From Synechocystis sp. PCC 6803 substr. PCC-P (GTDB taxonomy: Bacteria > Cyanobacteriota > Cyanobacteriia > Cyanobacteriales > Microcystaceae), in contig NC_017039.1 in the NCBI RefSeq assembly GCF_000284455.1, positions 1,500,001 to 1,532,000 on the forward strand: DNA of 32,000 nucleotides. Direction: 5' to 3'. The translations under genes were made by a program, and so were the position numbers. Under the pieces are notes generated by a model. The model saw only the letters and a program-made list of their open reading frames with translations, had not been told where the DNA came from and did no database searches. Shown piece after piece: positions 1 to 10,244 of this stretch. Position 1 is the first letter of the stretch. The number at the start of each line of letters is the position of its first letter.

Positions 1-3000
1 TTTGGCTAAGGGACCAAGGGGTAGTTGATGGAGTTGAATTTCTCCCTGTTGGCCCTGGGGTCCCAGTGACCCTGTTACCCGCAAAAATCGATCGCCACTT
101 CGTAGTTCCAGGGGAGCAAAGCTAAGATTATCCCCCTGCCAGCGCCCCGCCAATTGCAATTGCCCCAGCCCATGGTCGCCCCACTGCCAATCTTGGCCCC
201 AAAGGTTAAAGTTGGCCGCCAGGGGAGAGTCTTCCCGTTTCTCCACGGTAATTTTGCCCTGCAGTTGTCCCCGCAGTTGGTCTAAATCTGGTACAGGTTC
301 ATGATTGGTCTCCGTTGGGGCCAAGCTAGCTTCACTCTGGGCCAGTTGATTAAATTGAGTGGCCAGATCATCCAAGGCATTGCCCACACTAACCAGCGGT
401 GGCAAATTTTCTTGGTCTAAATCTTTGCCTATTTCACCGTATAAATCCTTAGCAGTACCGTAAATGGGGGGCTGAAAACCCCGGCCAAAATCTTCCCAGG
501 TGAACAGTTGCAGAGCCGTTAAAACATCTTCAATCCGGCTTTGACGGAAACTAATTTCCCCGCCCCACTGGGGTTGATCGCCTTGGAAATTGGCTTGCCC
601 CTGCACTAAAACTGTACTCTGGCCATGGCGCAAACGACCATTGTCCACCGTTAGTTGCCCCTGGCCGTAGCGAAAATTGCCGGTTAAATCCTGGGCGCTA
701 AAATTACCCCAACGGGGTTGCTTGATATTAACCCTAGTGGCGATCGCCGTTTTTTGGGCCAGGTCAAGCTGAAAATGCCCCGACAATTGTCCTCCCCAAG
801 GTTGGCTCTGGAGTTTGGCCAAGGAATCCGTTAAAGATTTGTCGCCATTGGGAACAAGGGTAAGGGCTAAGGGCAGACTATTTTGCAAAGCCTCTAGGGG
901 TAAGGAATGGGCTGTTAAAGACCATTGGTCAGCCTGTTTTTGCCCTGCCAGTTGCCATGGTCCCCGCTTAAATAACACCGCCGTTGGTTGGTGCTTGGGG
1001 TCTAAACTGAGGCGAATTTGTTCCCCTTCTCCCTGGAGAGCCAACTGTAATCCCTGCGGATCTTTTTCCGCCTCACCCCTTAAACGGGAGGCAAATTTAA
1101 ATTCCCCTAACTGCAAATGGTTCACTGCCAATTGCCCTTGCCATAAAGGTTGCCCACCGGAGCCAGTCACATCTCCCTTGAAATCTAAATTTCCCGCCAA
1201 CGGAGCCCCTGGGGGAGTGGGAATAATTTTGGCTAGGGGTAACCCAGTAGCCTCCACCTGGAGGTCCATAGCCTTGATTGCCGCTTGGAAATCAAAACCG
1301 GTTTTAACCCCAGCAATGGCAATTTGTAGATTTCCCCGGGCGTTTAAACCCTTGCTACGGAGTTGGCTTAACTTAAGCTGGGAGCCTTGCCAGTCAAAGG
1401 CGATCGCCACGGGGTCGGATAATAATTGCCAACCCTGGGAGCTAATTAAATTTCCTGTTAAGTTCGTCAACTGAGCCGTTTCCCCAGTCCACCGCCCGGT
1501 TAGACTCAATTTTCCCGCCACCTGCCCCGGTTGACCAATGCGCAAAGCCTGCCAATCTATGCCCTCCGAGTTGAGTTGGGCAGTGAAGTTTTCCTCCCCT
1601 ACACTGAATTTTTCAATGTTTACTGTCCCCTGGGGGGAATGCCATTGCCCAGCCCCGGCTAAATCCCATTGCGGCAGAGGTTGGTCTAGTTCTCCCTTGC
1701 CAGTCCAGTTCCCAGCCAAAGTTCCCGACCAGGATTGATCCATACCGGGCAGGGTTGCCAGGGAAATATTTTTCGCCACAAAAACCCCTTGCCATTGTTT
1801 ACCCTGGAGTTGAAATTGGTCGATCGCCACGGTGCCCTGGGGTAGAGTTACTTGCCCTTGACCCTGTAGCTGCAATGGTGACTGGTCTTGCTGATTGCCC
1901 TCAGCCCACACCTGGGCTTGCAATTTGCCCTGCTTGAAACTGTCTGGGATTGATGCCGTGTCGAAAGTGCTAAGGGATAAATTCTGCAGTTGAAAATTGC
2001 CTTGCCATTGCCCTCCCTGGTAGGCAAAATCGTTGGTTTTAACCAATCCCCCTGCGAGGGCAACATCAGCTTGGGCCTGGGCCTGCCAAGTAGGAGGTTC
2101 AGATAATTTTCCTGTGATTTGGGCTTGCCCTGATAGGGGTAAAACGGGTGGTAATTGGGCACTTAAATCCCCCTCTAACCAGGGTTGCACATCAACTTTG
2201 TCAGCCTGAATATGCAGTTGGAACGGTTGCCAATCCAGTTTATTTCCTTGTCTGTGGGCTTGAATTTGCCCCGATCCGGTTAGGTTACCGCCGCTGTGGG
2301 GTGAAGCCTGAAAATGTTTCACCACCACCCGATCGCCTTCTAGGTTGACGTTGGCTTGGAAATCATCTAGGGCTAAGTTTTCAATCTGGAGGGAATTTTT
2401 ACCTGCTTTTTGTAGGGCGACGTTAATTTGCGGATTTTCGAGAGGCCCTTGAATGGTGACCGTGGAACTTAATTGACCACTGATGGGCATGGTGGCCGGG
2501 GGAAACTGTAGCCCCTGGAAAATTTTGTTGACTTCCAACGGTGCGGTGGCGATCGCCAGGTTAAAGCCATCCTGCCAGTCAATGTGACCCTTGCTTTGGG
2601 CTTGAATTTCTCCCAATTGTCCTTTCACTTGTCCCAGTTGAATTTTGCGACCTTGGAAAGTTAGAGGGCCATTAATGGCAGTTAAGGGGCGGGCCAGTTG
2701 GGGCAGTTGCAAACTAGCTTGGTGTAAATCCACCTCCCCATCCAGGGAAGCCAGTTGTTGATCCTCAACGGCGATCGCCAAGTCACTGTCTAGGGTACCC
2801 CTTTGAAAATTCAGCGGTAGGGGCAAAATTTGCTTGAGGGCGGTGAGGGGTAAATGGCGACTTTTGACCTGGAGTTGCCAGCGTTCCTGGGCTGGGTCAA
2901 TCGTTCCCTCCAAATTTAGGTAACTGTGGCGCTCCACCAGGGGTAACAGTTGACCTTGGAGACGAAAACGGAAAAGCTCTTGGTTCGACCCTTGCCAAAA

Positions 3001-3576
3001 TTGGGCATCATTTAACCGTAATTGAATGGGTTGATTGAGAGCTTGGTGACCGTTGCGACTAACCACCGTGCCCCGACCCCGACGAACAATTAATTTTTCC
3101 AGTTGGAAGGGAAAATCTTCCGCTAATTGCCCCATCTCTGTATGCCACCACTGCCCTGATCGCCCCTGTTCAAAATAGGCTTGGGGTTCCATGGCGGTGA
3201 TGGTCAGCCCGAGATGTTCATCTTGGAGATATTGCCAGGGGTTATAGCTAATCTTTAAACTTTGGAGTTGTACCCAGTTGGGGTCGGTGGCTGTAGCCGG
3301 AATGCTAGTGGCACCAAATTCTAGATGGGTGAGGGAAACACTGGTTAATGGCCCCAACTCCACCGGACGATTCAAGAAATGTTCCACCGCTTGCCCCACC
3401 AAGGGAGACACATTTCGTTGCACCCAATAATGACCGTAGGTCACCCCCCCGGCGATCGCCACTACCACGCCACTGCTAAAGCCCACCACCATTGCCCAGG
3501 GGAAAACCGCCCTGGAATGCTCTGCTAACCGGGGCACCCCCAAGGGGGACTCAGACTTTTGGCGATCGGTGACCAT
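1..3576 (-). CDS. Large TamB/DUF490-like (AsmA-type repeat) protein, N-terminal part; continues off the left edge
   Basis: Minus frame is open from ATG at 3576 (in-frame upstream stop at 3594-3592) through the segments I translated to position 1. N-terminus reads MVTDRQKSESPLGVPRLAEHSRAVFPWAMVVGFSSGVVVAIAGGVTYGHYWVQRNV (one TM anchor), followed by long beta-repeat sequence rich in G.L...G.I motifs typical of TamB-like proteins. Not listed in the ORF track, presumably because it lacks a stop inside the window. Confidence 0.75.
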   Translation of the reverse strand, partial: MVTDRQKSESPLGVPRLAEHSRAVFPWAMVVGFSSGVVVAIAGGVTYGHYWVQRNVSPLVGQAVEHFLNRPVELGPLTSVSLTHLEFGATSIPATATDPNWVQLQSLKISYNPWQYLQDEHLGLTITAMEPQAYFEQGRSGQWWHTEMGQLAEDFPFQLEKLIVRRGRGTVVSRNGHQALNQPIQLRLNDAQFWQGSNQELFRFRLQGQLLPLVERHSYLNLEGTIDPAQERWQLQVKSRHLPLTALKQILPLPLNFQRGTLDSDLAIAVEDQQLASLDGEVDLHQASLQLPQLARPLTAINGPLTFQGRKIQLGQVKGQLGEIQAQSKGHIDWQDGFNLAIATAPLEVNKIFQGLQFPPATMPISGQLSSTVTIQGPLENPQINVALQKAGKNSLQIENLALDDFQANVNLEGDRVVVKHFQASPHSGGNLTGSGQIQAHRQGNKLDWQPFQLHIQADKVDVQPWLEGDLSAQLPPVLPLSGQAQITGKLSEPPTWQAQAQADVALAGGLVKTNDFAYQGGQWQGNFQLQNLSLSTFDTASIPDSFKQGKLQAQVWAEGNQQDQSPLQLQGQGQVTLPQGTVAIDQFQLQGKQWQGVFVAKNISLATLPGMDQSWSGTLAGNWTGKGELDQPLPQWDLAGAGQWHSPQGTVNIEKFSVGEENFTAQLNSEGIDWQALRIGQPGQVAGKLSLTGRWTGETAQLTNLTGNLISSQGWQLLSDPVAIAFDWQGSQLKLSQLRSKGLNARGNLQIAIAGVKTGFDFQAAIKAMDLQVEATGLPLAKIIPTPPGAPLAGNLDFKGDVTGSGGQPLWQGQLAVNHLQLGEFKFASRLRGEAEKDPQGLQLALQGEGEQIRLSLDPKHQPTAVLFKRGPWQLAGQKQADQWSLTAHSLPLEALQNSLPLALTLVPNGDKSLTDSLAKLQSQPWGGQLSGHFQLDLAQKTAIATRVNIKQPRWGNFSAQDLTGNFRYGQGQLTVDNGRLRHGQSTVLVQGQANFQGDQPQWGGEISFRQSRIEDVLTALQLFTWEDFGRGFQPPIYGTAKDLYGEIGKDLDQENLPPLVSVGNALDDLATQFNQLAQSEASLAPTETNHEPVPDLDQLRGQLQGKITVEKREDSPLAANFNLWGQDWQWGDHGLGQLQLAGRWQGDNLSFAPLELRSGDRFLRVTGSLGPQGQQGEIQLHQLPLGPLAK

Positions 3577-3845
3577 AATTTCAGGCGCTATTCATTCCCC
3601 ACAACCACCCTGTTAGGCTAACACTAGCCAGCAAAATCCTGGGCAAACCAGATCCAATTCATCTTAGTCATACCATCACCACCAGGGAGACGGAGTAGAA
3701 CCTTGCTCTTGTTCCTTTTACCCTAGTTTTTCTGCGCCGATATTGGCGCGGGAGAGTTGATCAATCCTGCTGATCAATCTGAATCAACAATGATTTCCCA
3801 CCATAAATAGTCCAGCACTGTTCTAGACCGAAGGCTAAACTAGGG

Positions 3846-5798
3846 CTAAATTTGCAAAATTCCCTCGGGCATCACCGTTAACAATTCCCGCCGTTGCAAA
3901 CCCTCTTGATGACAAATGGCGTTGGCTGATAATAGCCCACTGCTGATGGCCCGCTCCATCAAACCGCAGGGAAAGGGCATTTTCACCCAATCCCCAGCGA
4001 ACAAAAGATTGGCCACCGGAGTTTCCGTCTCCGGGCGATCGCCGTAGCTGTTGGGGGGAAAACCGGAGAAATTTTTCTGGTTAACCAATTCCCGGTGTAG
4101 GAGTTTTGCCGTAGCTAACGAGGGGACAATTTCGTACAATTCCTGCTCAAAGGTGGCTAACAAATCCCCCTGGGTGGGGAACTCTTTTTCTTTGTAGCAA
4201 TAGGCGTGTAACTCCACCACACTGCCCCCGGTGCGTTCCGCCCAGGCAATAAATTGATTTTGGATTCGGTGATAAAGGGTAATGCTATCGGTTAAACGGT
4301 AACCGGATAGGGAGGCGAAGTTACTGTGGGGCCATTCAAAATCTTGATCAAACCAAAACCGGGCCACTGCAAAGGGATCCGCCACCGCTAGGTTTTTCAC
4401 CTGTTGGACAAATTGGGGATTAACATCTCCCCCCAGGCGATCGGCCAGGTTTTTCATGCCCACTACATCCGCCGCCAGCACATAATAATCTGCTTTGAGG
4501 GTTTGCGCCGGTGGTTTGTCCTTGGTGCGGGACACCAACTGTACTTCCGTGGCACTACTTCCCGGTTTAACCGCAAACTTGGCTAAATTTCGCTTAGCTG
4601 GCCCTTGGATAACTTGACCATCCGCATCATACACAGCGCCATGGCAAGGACAGATAAATTGACCATTCTCCTGTTTGGCAACGGTGCAACCTTGATGGCT
4701 ACAGGTGAGGGATAGAGCTTCTTTTCCTTCTGGCTTAGCCCAATAAACCCGATCGCCAGCGCCATAGTAAACATTCCCCCCTGGGTTTGCCTGGGTAAGC
4801 AGATCATTGCGGGGCACAGTAAACGGCACATCGCTGACCGGATCATCCCCCTGCACATACTGGAGGGATTGGATTAAACCTTGGTCACAGTTAATCGCAC
4901 TAACGGTGGCTTCGGTGATGATTTGTCCGCCGTGGGCTTTGATGGATTCCACCATAGGCATGACCAAACTAGTCACCATATCGTCCTTGGTGCCATTAAA
5001 AGCTAGGCCTTCGGGATTACCGAAAAAGTAAAAATGGAAAAACTGCATCAATTCCCCCGCACTCAACACATCGGGGGCGTTCAAGCTAGATTTGGCAAAG
5101 GGTAGGAAGTAAAGATCGTACAAACCTTTGGGGAAACCCTTCGCCACCCAATCACTGACGGTGATGCTATCTAGTTGGTCATAGCTTTTGGGAATTTGAA
5201 AACCTGTAATGGCTCGAAAAACTTGCCAATGGGCAGGCTTGGTTAAATTAATGCCCCAGCGCAATCGGTTCGGGGAAGAAATGGTCAGATCGACAATATT
5301 CCAGGGAAAGGCGGAATGGCTAGGGCGAAACACCTCCGGCTCATAGCCCTCTTTAAAGACTAAAGAATAGAAATCAAGGGAACGAAAATTGTCGGCGATC
5401 GCCAATTCATTAACAATGCTTTTGAGGTTGTAATACTGGGGGAAAAAGCCGTGGAAACCGTGCTCCATCTGGAAAGTTTCTTCCCCCACCTGGATGGGCC
5501 AGCCCGCCACCTTGCCCCCTAAATTTGGCGATTTTTCCAAAAGGGTAACCTTAAAGCCCCGCTTGCTCAGTTCATAGGCTGAAGCTAAACCAGCTAAACC
5601 AGCTCCCACCACCACCACCGACTTTAGTTGGGACAAATATTGCGGCAAATCTAGGCGATCAGTATCGTACCGGGCCGGCTGGGGCTTAGCTAAACGGGAA
5701 TAACCAATGGCGCCCCCCAGGGTACCCACCCCTAAAAGCTTGAGCGCAGTACGACGGGAAACAACGGTGGAATTAGGATTGGGGGGTAATTCAGTCAT
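3846..5798 (-). CDS. FAD-dependent amine-oxidase/phytoene-desaturase-like protein with inserted Rieske [2Fe-2S] domain; matches CrtLdiox-type bifunctional lycopene cyclase/dioxygenase (Sll0254-like)
   Basis: 650-aa ORF; N-terminal RR motif (SRRTALKLLGVGTLGG), FAD-binding GAGLAGLASAYELSKRGFKVTLLEK, Rieske motifs CSHQGCTV...CPCHGAVYD, C-terminal LLFAGDWVKMPFPCGLMERAISSGLLSANAI. Confidence 0.85.
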   Translation of the reverse strand: MTELPPNPNSTVVSRRTALKLLGVGTLGGAIGYSRLAKPQPARYDTDRLDLPQYLSQLKSVVVVGAGLAGLASAYELSKRGFKVTLLEKSPNLGGKVAGWPIQVGEETFQMEHGFHGFFPQYYNLKSIVNELAIADNFRSLDFYSLVFKEGYEPEVFRPSHSAFPWNIVDLTISSPNRLRWGINLTKPAHWQVFRAITGFQIPKSYDQLDSITVSDWVAKGFPKGLYDLYFLPFAKSSLNAPDVLSAGELMQFFHFYFFGNPEGLAFNGTKDDMVTSLVMPMVESIKAHGGQIITEATVSAINCDQGLIQSLQYVQGDDPVSDVPFTVPRNDLLTQANPGGNVYYGAGDRVYWAKPEGKEALSLTCSHQGCTVAKQENGQFICPCHGAVYDADGQVIQGPAKRNLAKFAVKPGSSATEVQLVSRTKDKPPAQTLKADYYVLAADVVGMKNLADRLGGDVNPQFVQQVKNLAVADPFAVARFWFDQDFEWPHSNFASLSGYRLTDSITLYHRIQNQFIAWAERTGGSVVELHAYCYKEKEFPTQGDLLATFEQELYEIVPSLATAKLLHRELVNQKNFSGFPPNSYGDRPETETPVANLLFAGDWVKMPFPCGLMERAISSGLLSANAICHQEGLQRRELLTVMPEGILQI

Positions 5799-5903
5799 GC
5801 AAAAGGCAGACGGTAAAAATAAGAGCTAGGGGGGCAGTAAATAGTTCAGCCCTGATTCTAATCGCTCTATCCCAAAACTTTCTACCCAAAACTCAATTTG
5901 AAT

Positions 5904-6347
5904 TTAGTCTTCGTCCTGGGGATTTTGATGGTCTTCGGCGGAATCGGGATCCAACTCCCAACGACGTTCATCCCTAGCCCCAAAGTTTCTCACTGTGGCC
6001 ACCGGCCTACCGTCCACACTGGCAATGCCCATGGATTGCAGTAATCCTTCCGTCACATTCTGATCGGGAGTAGGATTGTCGCCCCCCACGGCTTCTTCCC
6101 CTACCACTTCCGCTTGATACCAATTGTCATCGGGATCACCACCGCTGAGGTTGCCATTGTCCAGGTGGGGCATTCTCATTAATCTAACCACATGACCAAA
6201 ACCCGTATCTCGGTCAGTTAAACCATCAAAAAAAATGCCATCCTCTTCTGATCCTGTTAGATCTGCCAGCAAAAGTTGCTCAGAATTATCTTGTTCAGAA
6301 TCGAGATAATCATCACTACAATTGGCAAAATATTGATTGATATCCAT
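5904..6347 (-). CDS. Small acidic cyanobacterial protein, DUF6335-like
   Basis: Motif LSGGDPDDNWYQAEVVGEEAVGGDNPTPDQNVTEGLLQSMGI is typical of the DUF6335 family. Start chosen at MDINQYF (6347) because AGGAG lies about 8 nt upstream; the track start at 6443 is likely too long. Confidence 0.65.
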   Translation of the reverse strand: MDINQYFANCSDDYLDSEQDNSEQLLLADLTGSEEDGIFFDGLTDRDTGFGHVVRLMRMPHLDNGNLSGGDPDDNWYQAEVVGEEAVGGDNPTPDQNVTEGLLQSMGIASVDGRPVATVRNFGARDERRWELDPDSAEDHQNPQDED

Positions 6348-6508
6348 TTTCATCTCTCCTCTATTGCTAGAAGTTTTTCTAAAATATTGATTTTTTAATC
6401 TATTGTTATCGTAAATAAAAATGGGGATCATCGCAGTTTTCACAACAAATTCTTAACATTTGTCCCCCGTAAGAGTTACAATTTTTGCAGAAATTCTTAA
6501 CAGTTACC

Positions 6509-7120
6509 ATGGTCAATTCCCTGTCCGACGAGCAGTACAAAATTAAGATGCAAAAGCGCAAAGCTTTACAGGATGAGCGCATTGCCTCTGCTAAGGCAGA
6601 GAAAGGTCTGGTAATTGTTCACACCGGCAACGGCAAAGGAAAAACCACCGCCGCCCTGGGCATGGTGTTGCGGTCCCTGGGTCATGGTTATCGGGTAGGA
6701 ATTATTCAATTCATCAAAGGGGCCTGGGAACCGGCGGAAAAAGCGGCCTTTACCCCTTGGCAAGACCAATTAACTTTTTTGGCCCTGGGAGAAGGTTTTA
6801 CCTGGGAAACTCAAGACCGGCAACGGGACCAGGCGATCGCCCATGCAGCGTGGCAAAAAGCCCTGGAGTATATCCGCAATCCCGATTACCAACTAGTCCT
6901 ACTGGATGAGGTAAATGTGGCGTTAAAGCTGGGCTATCTGGACGTGGAAACAGTACTAGCCGGCCTGCAAGGGAAGCCGGAATCTAATCACGTTATTTTG
7001 ACAGGCCGGGGAGCACCCCAACCATTGATTGACCGGGCCGATTTAGTCACAGAAATGACCCTGATCAAACATCCTTTCCGGGAGCAAAATGTTAAGGCCC
7101 AACCCGGCATTGAGTTTTAG
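6509..7120 (+). CDS. cobO: Cob(I)yrinic acid a,c-diamide adenosyltransferase (BtuR/CobO/CobP)
   Basis: P-loop GNGKGKTTAALGMVLRSLGHG, QFIKGAWEP, LVLLDEVNVALKLGYL, VILTGRGAPQPLIDRADLVTEM. ATG at 6509 preferred over the TTG at 6485. Confidence 0.92.
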   Translation: MVNSLSDEQYKIKMQKRKALQDERIASAKAEKGLVIVHTGNGKGKTTAALGMVLRSLGHGYRVGIIQFIKGAWEPAEKAAFTPWQDQLTFLALGEGFTWETQDRQRDQAIAHAAWQKALEYIRNPDYQLVLLDEVNVALKLGYLDVETVLAGLQGKPESNHVILTGRGAPQPLIDRADLVTEMTLIKHPFREQNVKAQPGIEF

Positions 7121-7198
7121 TCCCTGTACAGGAAGAATAGCGCCCTAACCCCTAGGGTAACCACTGAAAAAACTATTGAGGCAAGGGTTTAGGAAAAA

Positions 7199-7414
7199 CT
7201 AACTCAACTCTTCGGTGGAGCGACTAAGCATTGTTTCTTCCACATGCTTTTCCTGTTGCCGTTCCTCTGCTAACAATTCCCTGGCTTTCTCATCCAAGTC
7301 TTCCGCTACGGTTAGTTCGGTTTCCGCCGCCCGAGCCGCCATATTTTCATGAAGTTGCTGTTCGTTTTGACGCTCTTTGGCCAGAAGTTCACGGGCTTTA
7401 TCTTGGGTGCTCAT
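7199..7414 (-). CDS. 71-aa hypothetical protein with internally duplicated (D/E)KARELLA(K/E)ER motif
   Basis: Translation MSTQDKARELLAKERQNEQQLHENMAARAAETELTVAEDLDEKARELLAEERQQEKHVEETMLSRSTEELS; ATG start, coherent charged helical composition. Confidence 0.6.
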   Translation of the reverse strand: MSTQDKARELLAKERQNEQQLHENMAARAAETELTVAEDLDEKARELLAEERQQEKHVEETMLSRSTEELS

Positions 7415-7509
7415 AGTTTTGCTGGGGGTGAGAAAACTGGAATAAGAAAATTGATTAGTAACTGCCTATACTTTATCGCCAAAACGGAAGCATCCGGGAA
7501 AGTAATCGC

Positions 7510-8796
7510 TCAGTTTTTTAACACTACCCGAGCCACTTCCACCCCAGGATAGTAACGATTGAGAATTTGCTGATAGTTATAACCCTGACGGGCTAGGTCG
7601 TAGGCTCCATACTGGCTCATGCCCCTCCCCTTATGTACCCGGGCCACAATTTCATCCGTAGAAGCATAGAGGGATTCCACCACACCACCGTTATGGCTCA
7701 ACACCTGGCCGAGGGTGGAAGTAACAGCATTGTGGGAAGGGCCCTGCTCACTGCCGATGCCCTTATAAACTTGCCATCTTTGGGTATCCCCCAGGTCAAA
7801 CCACTGGCTGGCGGGGCGTACCATATGGACCAGGGCATAGGAACGGGCGGCGATCGCCTGGGCTTTGAGGGCTTCGGTGGGGGCGGTGGAGTGCATTTCG
7901 CTACCGACTACACTGGTTAGATAATGTTCTAAGTTGACGTAGTTGACTGCCAAAACCTTGTCGCCCCTGGGCACTAACAACACCCGTCCCCGGTACCAAC
8001 GATCGCCTACGGCCAGGTAACCATTGGCGTCGGCCGTAAACCAGACTACGCCGGGAACAGAACGACCGTTAATCAGGAGACTGTTACCTTGGGCAGTGAC
8101 GTTAATTCCTTGGCCAGCATTGAGACTCATCAGCCCTTGGCCTTGGCGGTCCTGGAGATATCCTTGACTGGAAACGGCGATCGCCACACTGGGTACATCT
8201 CTTTGAATGCCGACCCGAATTTCCAACGGTGGGGGAGTGTAGTCCACTGGACTGGCCATGGGGGGCGGTGCTGGAGCTGTTTGGGGACTACCGGAGGCTG
8301 GGGATTGCGGGGCAGATGGAACCGAAGCGGTATTGGTATTTTGAACAGGGGCGCTGTTCCCAAGTGCCGGGAATGTAACAGCACGATTTGAAATATTACC
8401 CGCTGGCCCAGTGGGGGTTGCCGGGGCACTTTTCGCTAAATTTTCGGCAGTGATGGGACGGGGACTTTTTAAGCCCGAAGCCGGAGAACCAGGAGGGGAG
8501 GGAATTTGGCTCAGGGGCGGCAGGGTTTTAATCAATTCTTCCCCGGCCATGTCGGCCATTACTTCGGTACCGCTATTAGTTTTGCCATTGGCGATGGCAT
8601 TGGGGTCTTCCCCATAACCACTCCAAGCCAACAACAGAGGAATAGTACCAATGGAAGCGAGGGGAATTAGCATTAATGCCCATTTACGGGACATCGGCCA
8701 ACGGCCGGCGATCGCCTGAAAAGAAAAACTTTTAGAAGACTTAAGAGATTTGAATAACTTGAATAAAGGGAAGGGAAAGGACGTTAATTTTTTCAT
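7510..8796 (-). CDS. SpoIID/LytB domain-containing protein
   Basis: Motifs LEHYLTSVVGSEMHSTAPTEALKAQAIAARSYAL and GRGMSQYGAYDLARQGYNYQQILNRYYPGVEV. Start MKKLTSFPFPLF at 8796 preferred over the longer track ORF; N-terminal signal/TM and Pro-rich linker. Confidence 0.82.
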   Translation of the reverse strand: MKKLTSFPFPLFKLFKSLKSSKSFSFQAIAGRWPMSRKWALMLIPLASIGTIPLLLAWSGYGEDPNAIANGKTNSGTEVMADMAGEELIKTLPPLSQIPSPPGSPASGLKSPRPITAENLAKSAPATPTGPAGNISNRAVTFPALGNSAPVQNTNTASVPSAPQSPASGSPQTAPAPPPMASPVDYTPPPLEIRVGIQRDVPSVAIAVSSQGYLQDRQGQGLMSLNAGQGINVTAQGNSLLINGRSVPGVVWFTADANGYLAVGDRWYRGRVLLVPRGDKVLAVNYVNLEHYLTSVVGSEMHSTAPTEALKAQAIAARSYALVHMVRPASQWFDLGDTQRWQVYKGIGSEQGPSHNAVTSTLGQVLSHNGGVVESLYASTDEIVARVHKGRGMSQYGAYDLARQGYNYQQILNRYYPGVEVARVVLKN

Positions 8797-9017
8797 GCCA
8801 CCAGAAAAATTTTTCAAACCACACCCCGCTCCAGCCCATTGGAAGCAAAACAACAAAACTTTGAATATTGTAGGCCGGTTTCCCCCAAAAGGCCGGCGGG
8901 GATCACCAAAGAGCAGTAATGCCGCCTTGCCTCCCCAATGGCCATGCCATATGATTTGCTAAAGAGATTTTCTCATTAAAACCACACCACATCTCTGCCG
9001 ATAGCAGTTAACCGGGT

Positions 9018-10202
9018 ATGACCAAGATTGAAACCAGAACCGAACCAATGGTGCTCAACATGGGGCCCCATCACCCGTCTATGCACGGGGTGTTACGTTT
9101 GATTGTGACCCTGGATGGGGAGGACGTGGTGGACTGTGAACCGGTGATTGGTTATCTGCATCGGGGCATGGAAAAGATCGCTGAAAGTCGTACCAATATT
9201 ATGTACGTTCCCTACGTTAGTCGTTGGGACTACGCCGCCGGTATGTTCAACGAAGCTATTACCGTCAATGCTCCAGAAAAGCTAGCCGACATTGAAGTTC
9301 CTAAGCGGGCCCAGTATATCCGGGTGATCATGCTGGAACTGAACCGCATCGCCAACCATTTACTTTGGCTTGGTCCCTTTATGGCGGACGTGGGGGCCCA
9401 AACTCCCTTCTTTTATATTTTCCGGGAACGGGAAATGATTTATGATCTGTGGGAAGCTGCTTCTGGCATGCGGTTGATCAACAATAATTATTTCCGCGTT
9501 GGTGGGGTAGCTGTGGATTTGCCCTACGGTTGGAATGATAAATGCGAGGACTTTTGTGACTACTTTTTGCCCAAGGTTGACGAGTACGAAAAACTAATTA
9601 CCAACAACCCCATTTTCCGTCGCCGGGTGGAGGGGGTGGGCACTGTGACCAGGGAAGAAGCCATTAACTGGGGATTATCGGGCCCCATGCTCCGAGGTTC
9701 CGGGGTGAAATGGGACCTGCGTAAGGTGGATCATTACGAGTGCTACGACGAGCTTGATTGGGAAGTGCAGTACGAAACCGCTGGGGACTGTTTTGCCCGT
9801 TACCTAGTCAGAATTCGGGAAATGCGGGAGTCGGTTAAGATCATTCGTCAGGCCCTCAAAGCCATGCCTGGTGGCCCCTACGAAAATCTGGAAGCTAAAC
9901 GACTCCAAGAAGGCAAAAAATCCGAATGGAATGATTTCCAATACCAGTATATTGCCAAAAAAGTTGCTCCCACCTTTAAGATTCCTGCCGGCGAACATTA
10001 CGTGCGCTTGGAAAGCGGTAAGGGAGAATTGGGTATTTTCATTCAAGGCAATGACGATGTGTTCCCCTGGCGTTGGAAAATCCGTTCTGCGGACTTCAAC
10101 AACCTGCAAATTCTGCCCCACATCCTCAAGGGGGTGAAGGTGGCAGACATCATGGCGATCCTCGGTAGTATCGATATTATCATGGGATCGGTGGACCGCT
10201 AG
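9018..10202 (+). CDS. ndhH: NAD(P)H-quinone oxidoreductase (NDH-1) subunit H
   Basis: 394 aa, [46 protein letters not shown]...; C-terminus [18 protein letters not shown], diagnostic of the 49-kDa/NuoD/NdhH family. Confidence 0.97.
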   Translation: MTKIETRTEPMVLNMGPHHPSMHGVLRLIVTLDGEDVVDCEPVIGYLHRGMEKIAESRTNIMYVPYVSRWDYAAGMFNEAITVNAPEKLADIEVPKRAQYIRVIMLELNRIANHLLWLGPFMADVGAQTPFFYIFREREMIYDLWEAASGMRLINNNYFRVGGVAVDLPYGWNDKCEDFCDYFLPKVDEYEKLITNNPIFRRRVEGVGTVTREEAINWGLSGPMLRGSGVKWDLRKVDHYECYDELDWEVQYETAGDCFARYLVRIREMRESVKIIRQALKAMPGGPYENLEAKRLQEGKKSEWNDFQYQYIAKKVAPTFKIPAGEHYVRLESGKGELGIFIQGNDDVFPWRWKIRSADFNNLQILPHILKGVKVADIMAILGSIDIIMGSVDR

Positions 10203-10244
10203 GTGACGTTGCCCAGTTCTAATTAAATTTTTCTCCCTTTTCCC

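Noticed and set aside
815-2348. Antisense ORFs 815..1474, 1538..1738, 1755..1937, 1848..2162 and 2148..2348 in the track
   Set aside because: They overlap the long minus-strand TamB-like coding frame, use frequent alternative starts, and have no recognisable protein character.
3758-3779. Short direct repeat TGATCAATC (3758-3766 and 3771-3779) upstream of the Rieske/FAD region and TamB-like gene
   Set aside because: Only 9 bp, AT-rich and without positional support for a promoter; likely chance.
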